Positions 1-14,300 of a DNA stretch of 64,000 bases are shown piece by piece. This stretch comes from Macrostomum lignano. Lineage: Eukaryota. Within the stretch, counting starts at the first letter, position 1, and each line of letters opens with the position of its first letter. Below the pieces are notes generated by a model. That model was not told where the DNA came from. It was given only the letters and a program-made list of their open reading frames with translations, and searched no databases. The position numbers and the translations under genes were made by a program. Location: assembly GCA_002269645.1 (NCBI GenBank), contig NIVC01000007.1, positions 129,456 to 193,455 on the forward strand, in the 5' to 3' direction.

Positions 1-204
1 TGGTCGGTCTGAGATGAAATCTGAGAAACCGCTCTGTAGGGGGCCCAGCGGAGACGAAGGCAGAGGAGGAAAGTGAGAGGGGTCCTGGGCAGTGCCGACT
101 ACAGAATTGAGTTTTGCATGGCTCGCTGGCTGCCTGCACTCTAGCAGAAAAAGAGAGAATAAAGACAGTGAAAAGACTCGGCTAATAAAATATTGCCATG
201 GTCA

Positions 205-475
205 GCTAGCTGAAGCTACGAGCATAAGGAGACTGAGAGATGATGAAGCTACGAGTAGACTGTGAGATGATGAGGCTACAAGGAGACTGAGAGATGATGA
301 GGCTACGAGAAGACGGGGAGATGATGAGGCTACAAGGAGACTGAGAGATGATGAGGCTACAAGGAGACTGAGAGATGATGAGGCTACAAGGAGACTGAGA
401 GGTGATAAGGCTACAAGGAGACTGATGGATGATGAGGCTACAAGGAGACTGGGAGATGATGTGAGAGACGTGGAA
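205..475. repeat. 27-bp minisatellite (GATGAGGCTACAAGGAGACTGAGAGAT), about 10 degenerate copies
   Basis: Periodicity read directly; explains the SSLSLLVAS pseudo-ORF 202..480. Confidence 0.9.
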
Positions 476-764
476 GCCAAGGATATTTATAGGAAATTTT
501 GAGACAGCAGTTTTACCCAGTTAAGCTGGCAAGAAGTCTTCAGTCCAATGCTACTAAAAGAAGCATTTGATAAAGTGAAGCCAGCTGTCAAGGCGGAACT
601 GGGGGCAGGAAAATTGGAGGATGAAACGGTGTCACATGACGCCTCGTGGCTCGTTGCTTCCATCTGTTGACTCTGCTTCAAATATTTGTTGCTTTTTGCA
701 ATTTCCTTCTTCTCACAATAGATGGCTTGGCCTGTTTCTAATGTTTGGATTTGGCTGGATTGGC

Positions 765-1050
765 GCCACTGAATTGGCGCGTGAGAGTCACTGAATTGGC
801 GCGTGAGAGTCATTGAATTGGCGCCACAGAGTCACTGAATTGGCGCGTGAGAGTCACTGAATTGGCGCGTGAGAGTCACTGGATTGGCGCCAGAGAGTCA
901 CTGAATTGGCGCCAGAGAGTCACTGAATTGGCATCAGAGAGTCACTGAATTGGCATCAGAGAGTCACTGAATTGGCATCAGAGAGTCACTGAATTGGCAC
1001 CAGAGAGTCACTGAATTGGCGCCAGAGAGTCACTGAATTTGCGCTAAGGT
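765..1050. repeat. 22-bp minisatellite (GAGAGTCACTGAATTGGCGCCA), about 13 copies
   Basis: Tandem periodicity read directly. Confidence 0.92.
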
Positions 1051-1596
1051 CACTGAAGACCATCGAGTGGCGCCAAGGTCACGGGATGTCATTGCCCAGG
1101 TCACGTGAGGGGGCGCCTTATTCCTCCCCATTTGAAAATCGCAGCACAGGCAGGCCTGCACTGCTGCTGGAGTCTCCCAGCTCTTGCTAGTCAATTTGTC
1201 CTCAGAGTAGTCAGGCAAGGCAGCCGGGAGGTGAAGGGAGAGAACGCTGCTGTACATTATTATATCAAGGCAGAGAAAATTGGAGTTTAGCTACAACGTG
1301 AGAAGCCCGGCATACGAAAGTAATACTAATATATAATAGAATTAGGAGAGCTTACTCTGGGGAAGATCTTCTCTTTTATATAGATTCTGTTCCACTAAGC
1401 AGCTTTCGCCTCAGTGCGTCTGGGCCAAGGAGAGCTAAATGCAGACGCTTGGGGTAGCAACTGCAACATTTCCCTAAATTTTATCAGCTTTATTAAATCT
1501 ATCAATAACATCTGTTCAGTCAAAACCACAAGTCACAAGCAGTCAATGCCACAAGCTCGAGGCGTTGAAGTCGTTCAAATCGAGAGCCAGCGGAAA

Positions 1597-2245
1597 TGAC
1601 CATAGCTACCGGAAGTGACCATAGCTACCGGAAGTGACCATAGCTACCGGAAGTGACCATAGCTACCGGAAGTGACCATAGCTACCGGAAGTGACCATAG
1701 CTACCGGAAGTGACCATAGCTACCGGAAGTGACCATAGCTACCGGAAGTGACCATAGCTACCGGAAGTGACCATAGCTACCGGAAGTGACCATAGCTAAC
1801 GGAAGTGACCATAGCTACCGGAAGTGACCATAGCTACCGGAAGTGACCATAGCTACCGGAAGTGACCATAGCTACCGGAAGTGACCATAGCTACCGGAAG
1901 TTACCATAGCTACCGAAAGTGACCATAGCTACCGGAAGTGACCATAGCTACCGGAAGTGACCATAGCTACCGGAAGTGACCATAGCTACCGGAAGTGACC
2001 ATAGCTACCGGAAGTGACCATAGCTACCGGAAGTGACCATAGCTACCGGAAGTGACCATAGCTACCGGAAGTGACCATAACTACCGGAAGTGACCATAGC
2101 TACCGGAAGTGACCATAGCTACCGGAAGTGACCATAGCTACCGGAAGTGACCATAGCTACCGGAAGTGACCATAGCTACCGGAAGTGACCATAGCTACCG
2201 GAAGTGACCATAGCTACCGGAAGTGACCATAGCTACCGGAAGTGA
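1597..2245. repeat. 19-bp minisatellite (CATAGCTACCGGAAGTGAC), about 34 near-identical copies
   Basis: Tandem periodicity read directly; very few variant units. Confidence 0.97.
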
Positions 2246-2732
2246 CTGGCATACAGTCGGACTTGTGTCGATCATATCTTGAAATTTGATAGTTGGTGAG
2301 GAGCTACAGTTCCAGATCTCTAGTTGAAGACCTCCTTGGTCAGGCACTAAGCTAAGCGTGTCTGAGCTAAACTTCTCCTGCAAGCTTGATGAAGAGGAGC
2401 CAGCAGCCAGTAATCTTCCTTCCTATTTAGCTATCTATCAATGCAGTACTGATTCTGTCCGACGCCAATGTACTTTTAAACTTTACCTTTTTAGTGACTA
2501 GGGAGTTTTGCTGGGCTTCATTTTCTCTTCCCTCCAGCCTTATCTGCACGCAGAAATTTACTAGATTCTGTCCTCCATAAGGGGAAAGTTATGACGCTGT
2601 GCAGTCCCCATTACAGACCTGCGGCTTTCTGTGTACTAAATTGTTAAAACCAACTGCGTTTGTCCAGATCCATGTTGGGATTTCTTTTATCTCTGCCGCC
2701 CTGGCCTCCTTGCATTATGCACTACATAACTT

Positions 2733-3065
2733 GTCCTCCTCTGTAGCTGGCGCCCCCCTCTTTAGCTGGCGCCCCCGTATGTAGCTGGTGCCTGCTCTTT
2801 AGCTGGCGCCCCCTCTGTAGCTGGCGCCCCCTCTGTAGCTGGCGCCCCCTCTTTAGCTGGCGCCCCCGTATGTAGCTGGTGCCTGCTCTTTAGCTGGCGC
2901 CCCCTCTGTAGCTGGCGCCCCCTCTGTAGCTGGCGCCCCCTCTGTAGCTGGCGCCCCCGTATGTAGCTGGCGCCCCCGTATGTAGCTGGCACCCCCGTAT
3001 GTAGCTGGCGCCCCCCTCTGTAGCTTGCGCCCCATCTCTAGCTGGCGCCCCCTCTGTAGCTGGGG
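2733..3065. repeat. 18/19-bp minisatellite (TGTAGCTGGCGCCCCCTC)
   Basis: Tandem periodicity read directly; explains the GAPATE pseudo-ORFs. Confidence 0.92.
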
Positions 3066-3894
3066 CCCCTACCCCTGCTGTAGGCTGTAGCCGTTATCCC
3101 ACCTCTACCTCTAGTAGTCCAAAGCCTCAAATTGCAGTCCAATTCATATTAGCAGCAAAAAACCAAATTAAGTTGGTAACCGGAAAACAGATGATAAGCT
3201 GCATGCCAAATTATCGAGCACAGCTGCATTGGCTCTGGCTACGAAGATGCAGAAATGAAACGGTTAGTGAAGCTGCAAAAATTGCTTCTATTGGTTACTA
3301 ACCCGTGCCGTAACTGGGTATCAGTGTTCACGCGCTACTGGCGTGCTTCACCTGAATACGCGTCTTCCCCAAGCCTAGCTGTAGCGCCCCTCTGCTGCTG
3401 TACAATCCAGCCCTCCGCGCGCTCGCCATCAACCAACCCCTGCACCCACAATTCGATTCGATACTTGTTTGCTCACGAAGGGAAGAGAAACGAACAGGCA
3501 GGACAGGGCCGGGCGAACAAATGAGGATGCCCAAGGACCACTATTTGGTCGGTAGAGACCGGCTGAAGTGCGCCGCCTCTTCCCTTTCGCCGCCTGTATG
3601 TCTAACTAAGCCTGTCTAAGCCCCATTCTGCGGGACTACAGGCCTGCCGGGCATGCCAAGGTCCAAGGTCGAGTGGGCGGGCGCGTTCCTGTCCTAAAAA
3701 TACATCAAGGCACTCGATGCTAGGGGGGACCGGCTGGTCCGAAATCGGAGTGCCTCTGATTCCGGAGGCAAATTCCTCTGCCTCTGTCTGCCAATCGCTT
3801 CAGCAACAATAATGCCCAAAGTTTGTTAATCTTTTAATCTCTGTTGAGAAAGCGAAATCTGCCTTTGTTGAGCTACAGCTTAATCTGTCTAACT

Positions 3895-4495
<601 letters not shown>

Positions 4496-5633
4496 ACTGA
4501 CTCCCATACGCTCGCAACCAAACACCGCGATTGTATATGATGCGCGGCTGTTGCGTCTTCAGTAGGAGCTTTTACAAACTGGTCATTCCTTCCTTCTCCG
4601 AAAGCGAAAATGTCAACTTGGCTACGAAATGCATCCGGCCATTCGCATCGCATAGCTTTTTGTACTTTTAATTTTTTAGTTAAACCAACAACCCGGTCTA
4701 AAATAGCCACAGCTCCCATATAAGCACGAGAATAGTATGTGGCCAGACTTCCCATTCGCTTGCTACACAAAAATGTAGCAGAATGTTACCTGGAGCAGGC
4801 TCGTTCGCGGCTCCTCCGTCTGGCTCATCAATTGAGGTGGAACCTGCAGAAATTCGAGGGGGGGGAAGTTTTAAGTTTAGCAATAAAGTTTGGTAGCCAA
4901 GCAATACTAAAGAATTTTCCAAGCCAATTGAGCCTGGTAAGCAGCAATTTTATACTTGATGAGAGGTGAATCAAGCCATTGTTGAAGACTTGCTTTCCAT
5001 TGTCTATGGCCCAAGTGGTGTCTATTGGCGCGCAATCAGTTCTTGGCCCAAGGCTGGCACAAGTGTGGAAGAAGATTGGACGCCCAAGTTCTTAACCTGA
5101 ATGCTCCGCAGACCCACCTTTTCAGTATTTTCTATATAAATCAACAGAAAAGAGTCATCAACGGTCATTCGACTTGTCAACTTAGCAAAACTGTTGTCTT
5201 TAGCCGCGTAAAAAAGCAACATTACAACCAAGTACTATAAGCAAATAGCTACATTACAACACGAGTACATGTGCAGAAGAGGCGCCTCCTTCTGCGCCAA
5301 GCAGAAAGCAATCGATCACGACAGGAAAGGCCGTGAGGGTTGACGGGTTCGGTCGCGAAGAGGTGAGGGAGGGGACGAAGGACTTGCGCTTTAGTCACTC
5401 TATAGTAAGGCATCAATCAAGGGAGAGGGAGCGGCGTGTGGCAGCTTGGACACGGGACAGAGTTGGGCCATCCCAAGCAAGGATGCGAAGCTGAGAAGGC
5501 CTCGAGAGCTTAAGCGGAAGGGTGTTGGGGCTGCAAAGGTAGGGAAATACTATGAATGACAGGGCAGGAATCGCGGGATTCAAGATGAGCTCACAGCTCA
5601 CAGATGTTTTTTTCAGCGCAAGACAGACCTTTC

Positions 5634-6116
5634 TCAGGGATATAAAGGACATAAATACACTTCCTCGATCTGATTCTGATATTCTGGCACTCTCTGTGGC
5701 ATCCTTCGGTGCGCAAAACCGACCCATGCATTCTGACCTTTCCTGACGGTGCTCTTTCTGACACCCCCTCCTGACGGTGCTCTTTCTGACACCCCCTCCT
5801 GACGGTGCTCTTTCTGACACCCCCTCCTGACGGTGCTCTTTCTGACGTCCCCTCCTGACGGTGCTCTAGTCGACACTCGAATGCCGCGCTCAAGTTTACC
5901 TCGCCTCAGCCGCTCCCTTCGGCGACGCTTCTTCCTGGTTTTTCCGTCGCCCCCTTTGTCATCGTCGTCTTGTGGCAATCGAACGCCGACCAGCACAGCG
6001 GTTGGCCGACCGGCCGGGATTCGCCGATGACTGCTAACCTCGTCGGCCACTCTCTCGTCGCTGCTCAAACCGTAGCCAGCGTAGCGGCCCGAGTCCGGCA
6101 CCGGCTCGTCTGACAT
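5634..6116 (-). other. Orphan GC-rich ORF or possible first exon (MSDEPVPDSGRYAGYG...KTRKKRRRRERLRR) running into a 28-bp repeat
   Basis: AAAATG start context, GC-rich island in AT-rich surroundings, basic NLS-like cluster; no family recognised. Confidence 0.25.
5742..5868. repeat. 28-bp tandem repeat (CCTGACGGTGCTCTTTCTGACACCCCCT), about 4.5 copies
   Basis: Tandem periodicity read directly. Confidence 0.92.
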
Positions 6117-8334
6117 TTTGTCGTCCTCAGTGACTTGTAAAGCAAATTCCTATGCATGAATATTAAAGACTTAACTTCAGGCCTTGCTTTACTTTTTGGA
6201 GGAAAGTTTTAATAAAATATACTTTTGAATATTCTCTTAATTAAAATAAAATTGTTTAACTTAGTTCCATCTTTTTACCATAATTTTATTAAAAAACGAA
6301 CTGTTGAATCACACAAAAATTTTCCAAATAAATGTAAATAAAATTTTATTCATCTATACCTACTTATTTTTATACATAGTTAGCACAAAGTAATATTTGT
6401 AAATGCATATACATATAATAACAGCATTTTAATAACTGTCCATTTAAAATGAAAGTAAAAATATCAATTTAATTGATGCTAGAAAATAAATTCCATTTTG
6501 ATATAATATTATTTTCTCGGTACATATATATTTAAATATTCTAATTAAATTAGACCTATAATATTTTCATTAATACATATTGTAGCCTTAGAACAGTTCT
6601 AAATGTTATATAATTACATGCACCTAAATCTTGAAAATATGTACACATTATGTTTTTAATTAGAGCTGTAAATTTTTGCTATTATAAAGTAGCACTCTAT
6701 AGAAAGTCAACACCAAAATAAGTTATTAATTATTTAGGTATTCTCTTAGATGGAATGTACACAAATATTGATTAAACATAAAGCATAATTATTAAAAAAG
6801 TATTTTACGAGCTTCTACATGTAGAATTAAAACGTGATAATACAGGATAGAAGCGAGTATTTATAAAATTATAAAATCTACAATACGTGTGCGTCTTAAT
6901 GCATGACACGCTGCGCAAGCTGAATTCTTACTAGCGTATTTCTAGCTTTTTAAAAAGTTCGAATCTCAGATGCGCGATATCTAGACATTATAACAAATTA
7001 CAACTTTCTGCTAATAAAACCCGCTCACAAAAATGTAGAAAGATTGATTTTAACGCATTTCATTAAATCAGTTCGATGCTTTATCAATATTTTACAAAGC
7101 TACGAACATGTATTTGAATAATGCTCGTACCAGAGCGTTTTTTGCTACATGGTAGTCGCTTACGCTAGCTCACAACTCACAATAAATGTAATATTTCAAG
7201 CTTGTGAAAGCGACCCAGTAAAAATCTGTCTGGCGATAATCAATAATTCGCAGCATTCCTTTTTTACTGCACATTGACTTGGAGGTTGCACACAATTCTT
7301 ACAACCTAAAGTTAGTAGTTATTAAAGAAATGTATGTAGCTAAGACTTTTGTATCAGAGGAATTGAATTTTCAATTGATTCGATCATTAATGACCTTTTA
7401 ATGCATGAAAATAACGAATAAATAAAGGAACACAACAAAATATCGGCATTAGTTATAAACTTCACAGAAGGGCAACAGAACTACCAAAACTATGCTTGTA
7501 CTTTAACAAGTTCGAAAGTATATTTTTATTAGCAAAAAAACAGCGATTGATATTCAAGTTTGTAAATATTTGTCAAAGCAGGTTTAAAAATAAATGACTT
7601 ATTTAATAAATAACAAAAGCTACTGCAAGAGTGTGGGAAAAGCTGGAAGGCTAAGAGGTTAAAGAAGCTTAAAGGCAAAAAACAGGTTCAATCCAAACAA
7701 ACATGCAAAATTCTAAAAAGTATGCGGTTCATGCAAAAAATTAACAAATACAAAATGTTTGCAAATACGATTGACATTAAAAATAGTATAAATAAATTGG
7801 TTCACGAGCAATATCTAATGTCATATTAGGTGACAATACAAAAATTTTTATTTGCATTTATAATATAGTGAAGCAGCTTTAATATAATAGTTAGTCAAAA
7901 ACGCATTGAACTTAGCACTGGCCAATTTGTCAACTTTATGAGTGCAGACACGAGCGTGAATACAGATAAGGTACAAGCAAAGGCAACAAGCACTTAGAAT
8001 AATACTGCTTCGAAAATTTCAATCAAATTAGTCTAGCATGCGATCAATGCAATAATAATTTGCATACAAGTACATTAAGGCTTTGTTTTAAAGGGAAGTT
8101 TCAAACTCGACTTCCATTTTAGTTTAGTCGTTAAGTTAGTTAAGAGCAAATAAGGCCTGACATAAGACATGCCAAGAGCACTCCGCCCTCTTTAAAACAT
8201 CTCTTAAAAATCCACACGGGTTGCGCAACAGTCCGCACATTCAAACAGGCAACTCAGGCTTCAGACACGAACCCCCCATCGAGCACGCCTGGGACTTGGG
8301 TAAAGCGAAGTCAGAAGTCTTCAACCAATCAAAT

Positions 8335-11300
8335 CTATTCATTGGAGTCCAGACTGCAAGGCCGGCGAAACTCTTGATCCCGCTCGTGGAACCACTTGTT
8401 CATGACCCACTTGGAGCCATGCAGCACGGGGCAGGCCGCGTGTCTGGTGAGCATCTCACCTTCGCCACTGCGTTTCAGGTTAAACCAGAACGCTGCAGAG
8501 CCTCTCGTAGGCAGCAGGCGGACACCCAAATCGGTGAACACGGTGGCTCCACCAGCTGGCACATCCGACAGGTAATAGAGCAGAGTTGCTATGCGGTTGC
8601 CCTGGGCCCGTTCGAACGAGTTCACCTCGCGTCTGTGCGCAAAATCGTAATGCGGCTCGTAGTGGCCGCCCAGGCCGTAGTTAACCACCTGTAAAAATAG
8701 GTTGGACTCGGAGTAAATGCTTTTGTTTAATTGTTTTGTGCAAACTAATGGTGGTCCCTTCAAAACTAGTAGAGGACTTTAAAGTGGTCCTTTTTCAGCT
8801 GAAGGACCCAAAAGTGGTTTTTAAGGTTAGAGGCCCAGAAGTGGTCTTTTCAACTAGAGGACCTAAAATTAGACATTTTAGCTGATGATCTAAAAGTGGT
8901 ACTTTTATTTATCATTAGAGGACCTAAAAGTGGTCCTCTTAGTTAGAGGTCCTTAAAATGATCATTTTAGCTGGAGGTCCTAGAAGCGGTCCTTTTGGCT
9001 AGAGGTCCTAAAACTGGTCCTTTTAGATAGAGGTCCTAAAACTGGTCCTTTTAGATAGAGGTCCTAAAACTGGTCCTTTTAGATAAAGGTTCTAAAACTG
9101 GTCCTTTTAGATAGAGGTCCTAAAACTGGTCCTTTTAGATAGAGGTCTTAAAACTGGTTCTTTTAGATGGAGGTTCTAAAACTGGTTCTTTTAGATAGAG
9201 GTCCTAAAACTGGTCCTTTTAGATAAAGGTCCTAAAACTGGTCCTTTTAGATAGAGGTCCTAAAACTGGTCCTTTTAGATAGAGGTCCTAAAACTGGTCC
9301 TTTTAGATAGAGGTCCTAAAACTGGTCCTTTTAGATAGAGGTCCTAAAACTGGTCCTTTTAGATAGAGGTCCTAAAACTGGTCTTTTTAGATAGAGGTCC
9401 TAAAACTGGTCCTTTTAGATAGAGGTCCTAAAACTGGTCCTTTTAGATAGAGGTTCTTAAAGTGGCTCTTTTAGCGACGAAATCAAGGGGCCGCTTTCTA
9501 CAGATCATTCTACGTACCAAACAGTATATTTATTACAAAGAACCGTCACAGACAGACAACTCCAACCTGCAATTCCTCGGCAGACGCCACACTCAGTCCA
9601 GTCAGCAGCTCGATGCGCCGATCCAGATTTTCAATAGCCGGGTGCAGAACGGATTGCAGCCAGGCGCTTTTGCTGATCCGATAACGGGCAGTCACCAGGC
9701 GGCCAGTTGCGGGGTCCTGCACGGTGGCTCGGCGCAGCCGGGGCTCCGCCAGCTGACGAATAGTGGCCGTCTCCGCTGTCCCGATGATGCCATGCCATAA
9801 CACTATGAGGGGCCGCCAGTGCGCAATCTGGAGATCCATTTTATTTGGTTGCTTTTCTAAGAAAACTTGGTTCAAATAGTCGGAAAAGGATCCCCAGATT
9901 CCTGATCCCGAGTGAATCATCTTAACTTAACAATCCCAATAAATCATCTCAGAAATCAAAACTTTAACATTCATGGATTCTAATTGGACCCAGATTCCAA
10001 ATCCCAAATGATCCCCAGATTCCAAATCCGAACTGATCCCAGATTCCAAATCCCAATTCATACCAGATTCCAACTCCGAAATGATCCCAGATTCCAAATC
10101 CGAACTGATCCCAGATTCCAAATCCCAATTCATCCCAGATTCCAAATTTCAAATGATCCCAGATTCCAAATCCGAAATGATCCCAGATTCCAAATCCCAA
10201 ATGATCCCAGATTCCAAATCCCAATTCATTCCAGATTCCAAATCCGAACTGATCCCAGATTCTAAAATCCCAAATGATCCCAAATTCTAAAATCCCAAAT
10301 GATCCGAGATTCCTAAATCCTAACTGATCCCAGATTCCAAAATCCCAAATGATCCGAGATTCCTAAATCCTAACTGATCCCAGATTCCAAAATCCCAAAT
10401 GATCCGAGATTCCTAAATCCTAACTGATCCCAGATTCCAAAATCGCAAATGATCCCAGATTCCAAAATCCCAAATGATCCCAGATTCCAAAATCCCAAAT
10501 GATCCGAGATTCCTAAATCCTAACTGATCCCAGATTCCAAAATCCTAATTGATCCCACATTCCAAAATCCCAACTGATCCCAGATTCCAAAATCCCAACT
10601 GATCTCAGACTACAAAATCCCAATGATCCCAGATTCCAAAATCCCAACTGATCTCAGACTACAAAATCCCAACTGATCCCAGATTCCAAAATCCCAACTG
10701 ATCTCAGATTACAAAATCCCAACTGATCCCAGATTCAAAAATCCCAACCAATCCCAGATTTTAAAACCCATTGATCCTGGATTCCATTTTTGCTGTCAAA
10801 GCTTAGAAATGTAACAATGATCTTTTCGAGAATAGTTATCAATAAGACTACAAACAAACAAAAACCCTGACCTCTTCCTTAACCGGAGCCAAATAGAAAT
10901 AGGCATGCGGCCGATGGTACCGACACACCAGCGGCTTATTGGAAGCCACCGATTCGAAGTCACCAGGCAGCAGTTGGCCTCGGCACAGCCGTTTGTAGCG
11001 CTGGAACTCGGCGCTGGCGTACCAGCCCTCCCGGTGCGGCGCATTGTGCCGGATGGCCTCCTCGTCCTCGGCTGACCCTGTGTCGCCTTTGCGGCGTGGC
11101 CCACCAGCGGCCAGCTCGTTGGCCAATTGCCGTTCGAAATGCGCCCGATTGTTGAGCGCCCGTTCGTGACCGGGCTCTAGCACTAGCAACTCGTTGGTCA
11201 GCGCCAGCGCCTCCTGTAGGTGGCCTTGCTGCAGACAGTAAATTAAAAAAAGGTAAAAGGCAGGAGTAACTATCTATAGTTTATAATACAAACATGCTTC

Positions 11301-14300
11301 GTCAGCTTAGTAGCATAAATTAGCGTGTTGATACCTTGTAGAGAACATACGCCAAGTAGTCCAAAATCCTGCTGCGCTTAAGGCCCTGGCTGCTAATAGT
11401 TCGATCACCCATTTGGCCAAGGGCCACAGAGAACCAGTCTTTGGCATGGTATAGATCTCCTTTGGTGTACGCAAAGAGTGCAATGGCAAAGCACTCATCC
11501 GCTAAAATGCAGTAGAAATATATTTTATTGATGTATAACTTTAGCAAAAACTGAAATAAAAGGAACATCCGATTTTATTCACTTAAAACGTTATATATAA
11601 CTTTACTTAAAATAAATGATAATTTATAGAAATGAAAGCTTATAGCTTTGGCATAGCAAAAATATTTTTGGGGGGTGGGCAATACCTTATAGTGATAAAA
11701 CAATGCAAAAACTTAATGGAAAAATAGTAAAAAAGTTCAATTTTATAGACCTAGACACCCAACTCTAATACTCCTACTCTTCCTTAGCTATGTGAGATAG
11801 CTTCACATATAATAATGTTCAGCAAATTTGATTTCCTGCCAAAAGCTCTTAAAAATTTGTTTGAATACAAAAAAACAATTGTTTTATTATGCGCTATTTT
11901 GTTAAACTGTAAAAGAATCAATTGGAAAACATCCCAAAATGATGTAGATATACAGGAGCTAAAGAAGAAAGTTGTAACCTTAACTTTTTTCAACCTGTTT
12001 TGCTCTTACAAACAATTATAGTGCCCACTTAAGCTATTTTGAGAAGTAGTTTTTGCCAATTATGCATGGCAGTGTTTGCTACTAGAGTAATGGTTGCAGA
12101 CCAAGAGTGTTCAAGTTGCATTGCCCAATGCCAGGTATAAAGTGGATGAGTCCCTATGAATTAAAGCATGTTGCAAAGTGAGAGTGAAAGTTGCATTGCC
12201 CAATGCTAGGTATAGAGATAGATAAGTCCCTAGGAATTAAAGCATGTTGCAAAGTGAGAGTGAAAGTTGCATTGCCCAATGCTAGGTATAGAGATAGATA
12301 AGTCCCTAGGAATTAAAGTCAAGTCACGAGTTTGCAACTTTGGGCTTATGAAATAAAGTAAAAACAATATGAAAATTAAAACTTCATTACATAGCTATAT
12401 GAAAATATAATAGAGTAACATGTTGTGCATGGTAAATTAAAAGAATGGTAGTCTTCACTGCCCCAGATCAAATACAATCACAGATTTTGTGACGAAAAAC
12501 AGATTTTTTCCTATCTTCGCAGTGTATTTTTTCCAGGAAATCGTGGCCTCCAAAAAATTGCACGATCTTTGAGTTTTACATCCTGTTAGTCTAGAGGTCC
12601 TTGATTAAAGCATATTGCAGAGTGAGAGTGAAAGTTGCATTGCCCAATGCTAGGTATAGAGATAGATAAGTCCCTAGGAATTAAAGCATGTTGCTAGTCT
12701 GAAGTGTAATGTACCAGTGAGTCCTGATTAGTAAATCCATGAAGGAAGCTGGAAAACCCTCAATCACTGGTAACACCACTTTGGACTTGTTAGGATTAAT
12801 AATAGTCAACAATGTCTTGCCACTTGGGCACTGAAGCCACCAAGGGCACCTTGTACTAATGATAAACTCACAGAGTTTAATAATAGTAAGCATCAAGGAT
12901 ATTAGCAATAAAGTAAGGACTTTGAAACACTAGCTAAACTCCATGAGACTCCATGCATTGCTACATACAGTAGGCCATTTGAGGTTGCACATTGTCCCAT
13001 TGTCAAAGAATATCCAACAGGTGAATTGGCTTTGACCTGAGAATATGCCAAACGTCTTCTATGTGCTAAATAAATTCAAAGATGCCATTAGTCATTTGTA
13101 TCAATAGTTTGCTTTATATAAATTCAATGGATCCAATGCAGCACTTGTTTGGAGTGAAAGCAACCAATAGCATTATCTTTGCATTATTAATAGAGCACTT
13201 GACAACATAAAATCAATTAGCCCCTTGGCCAAGCCAGCACTTATTGTTTTGCTTTGTGTCAATATTTTTCAGGTATACCCATGTCTTATCTTTTACCATA
13301 TACTTGTTGCAATTGATATTAGTAGTATTGTTCTCCTTGGAAAGAGCAAGTGGAACCCAAATAGCAAAAAAATTTTGAGGGGGAAATCCTTAGTCAAAAT
13401 TTCATGCATTGTTTTTCTAACTACCACAAAATAAATGAAATAGTACAATAGGTCTCATTTAATTCTATTGTCCTTATTGACTATTGTTGACCAGTCCAAG
13501 GAGCTAAGACACTAGGCATACATGCCCAATCTCAAAATTTCACCCATTTAGTGCAATTTAGTTTTGTCCAGATTTGCAACTTAGTTCCTCTCAATTGCAA
13601 CTTAGTTCCCCTGATTACAACTTAATTTTCACTTTTTATATGACTTTTCTTGCCTTGCCTTTTTTCTCTTTCCCTCTCCTCTTTCCTTTTTCTTTCTTCT
13701 TCTTCCTTTCTTTTCCTTTCTTTTCTTTATTCCTCCAATTTTTTTATTTTTTGCATTTTCATTTTTGCAACTTACATTGGCCAGTGGCCATTTCCAGTGT
13801 TGGGCAAGTTACTCAAAAAAAGTAACTTGCGTTATTGTAACTTAAGTTACCAATTTTTAAAAAGTAACTTATGTTAGCCTAGTAACTTTAGACAAAAACC
13901 TAGTACTTTTAGGTTACTATCCATTACTCACTTCCATTACCCATGCTCTTAACAAAAATTTTCAGCTTTTTTCACATTGTTGTTACTGAAATTTGCCATT
14001 GGGCATTGGGATTAACCAATTAACAGACAGAGACAGGAATTGGCAACACAATGTGAGGCAAGTAGAAGGACCAATTGGCAATGGCAATCAATAATTTAAA
14101 TTATAAATGATAAAATAAACAAATATCAATAATTCAATAGAGTAAAAAAAATAGAACTGTATAAAATGGTGTAGTGTACTGCAGTGCCAGTGGAGGGACT
14201 TGTAGAGGCTACAGATGAATTTCTTTCTTTGGTTGTTTGTTTGAATTAAACTTGAAAATTTTTAGTAACGAAAATGAAAGGCAAAAATATTTTACTGAAA

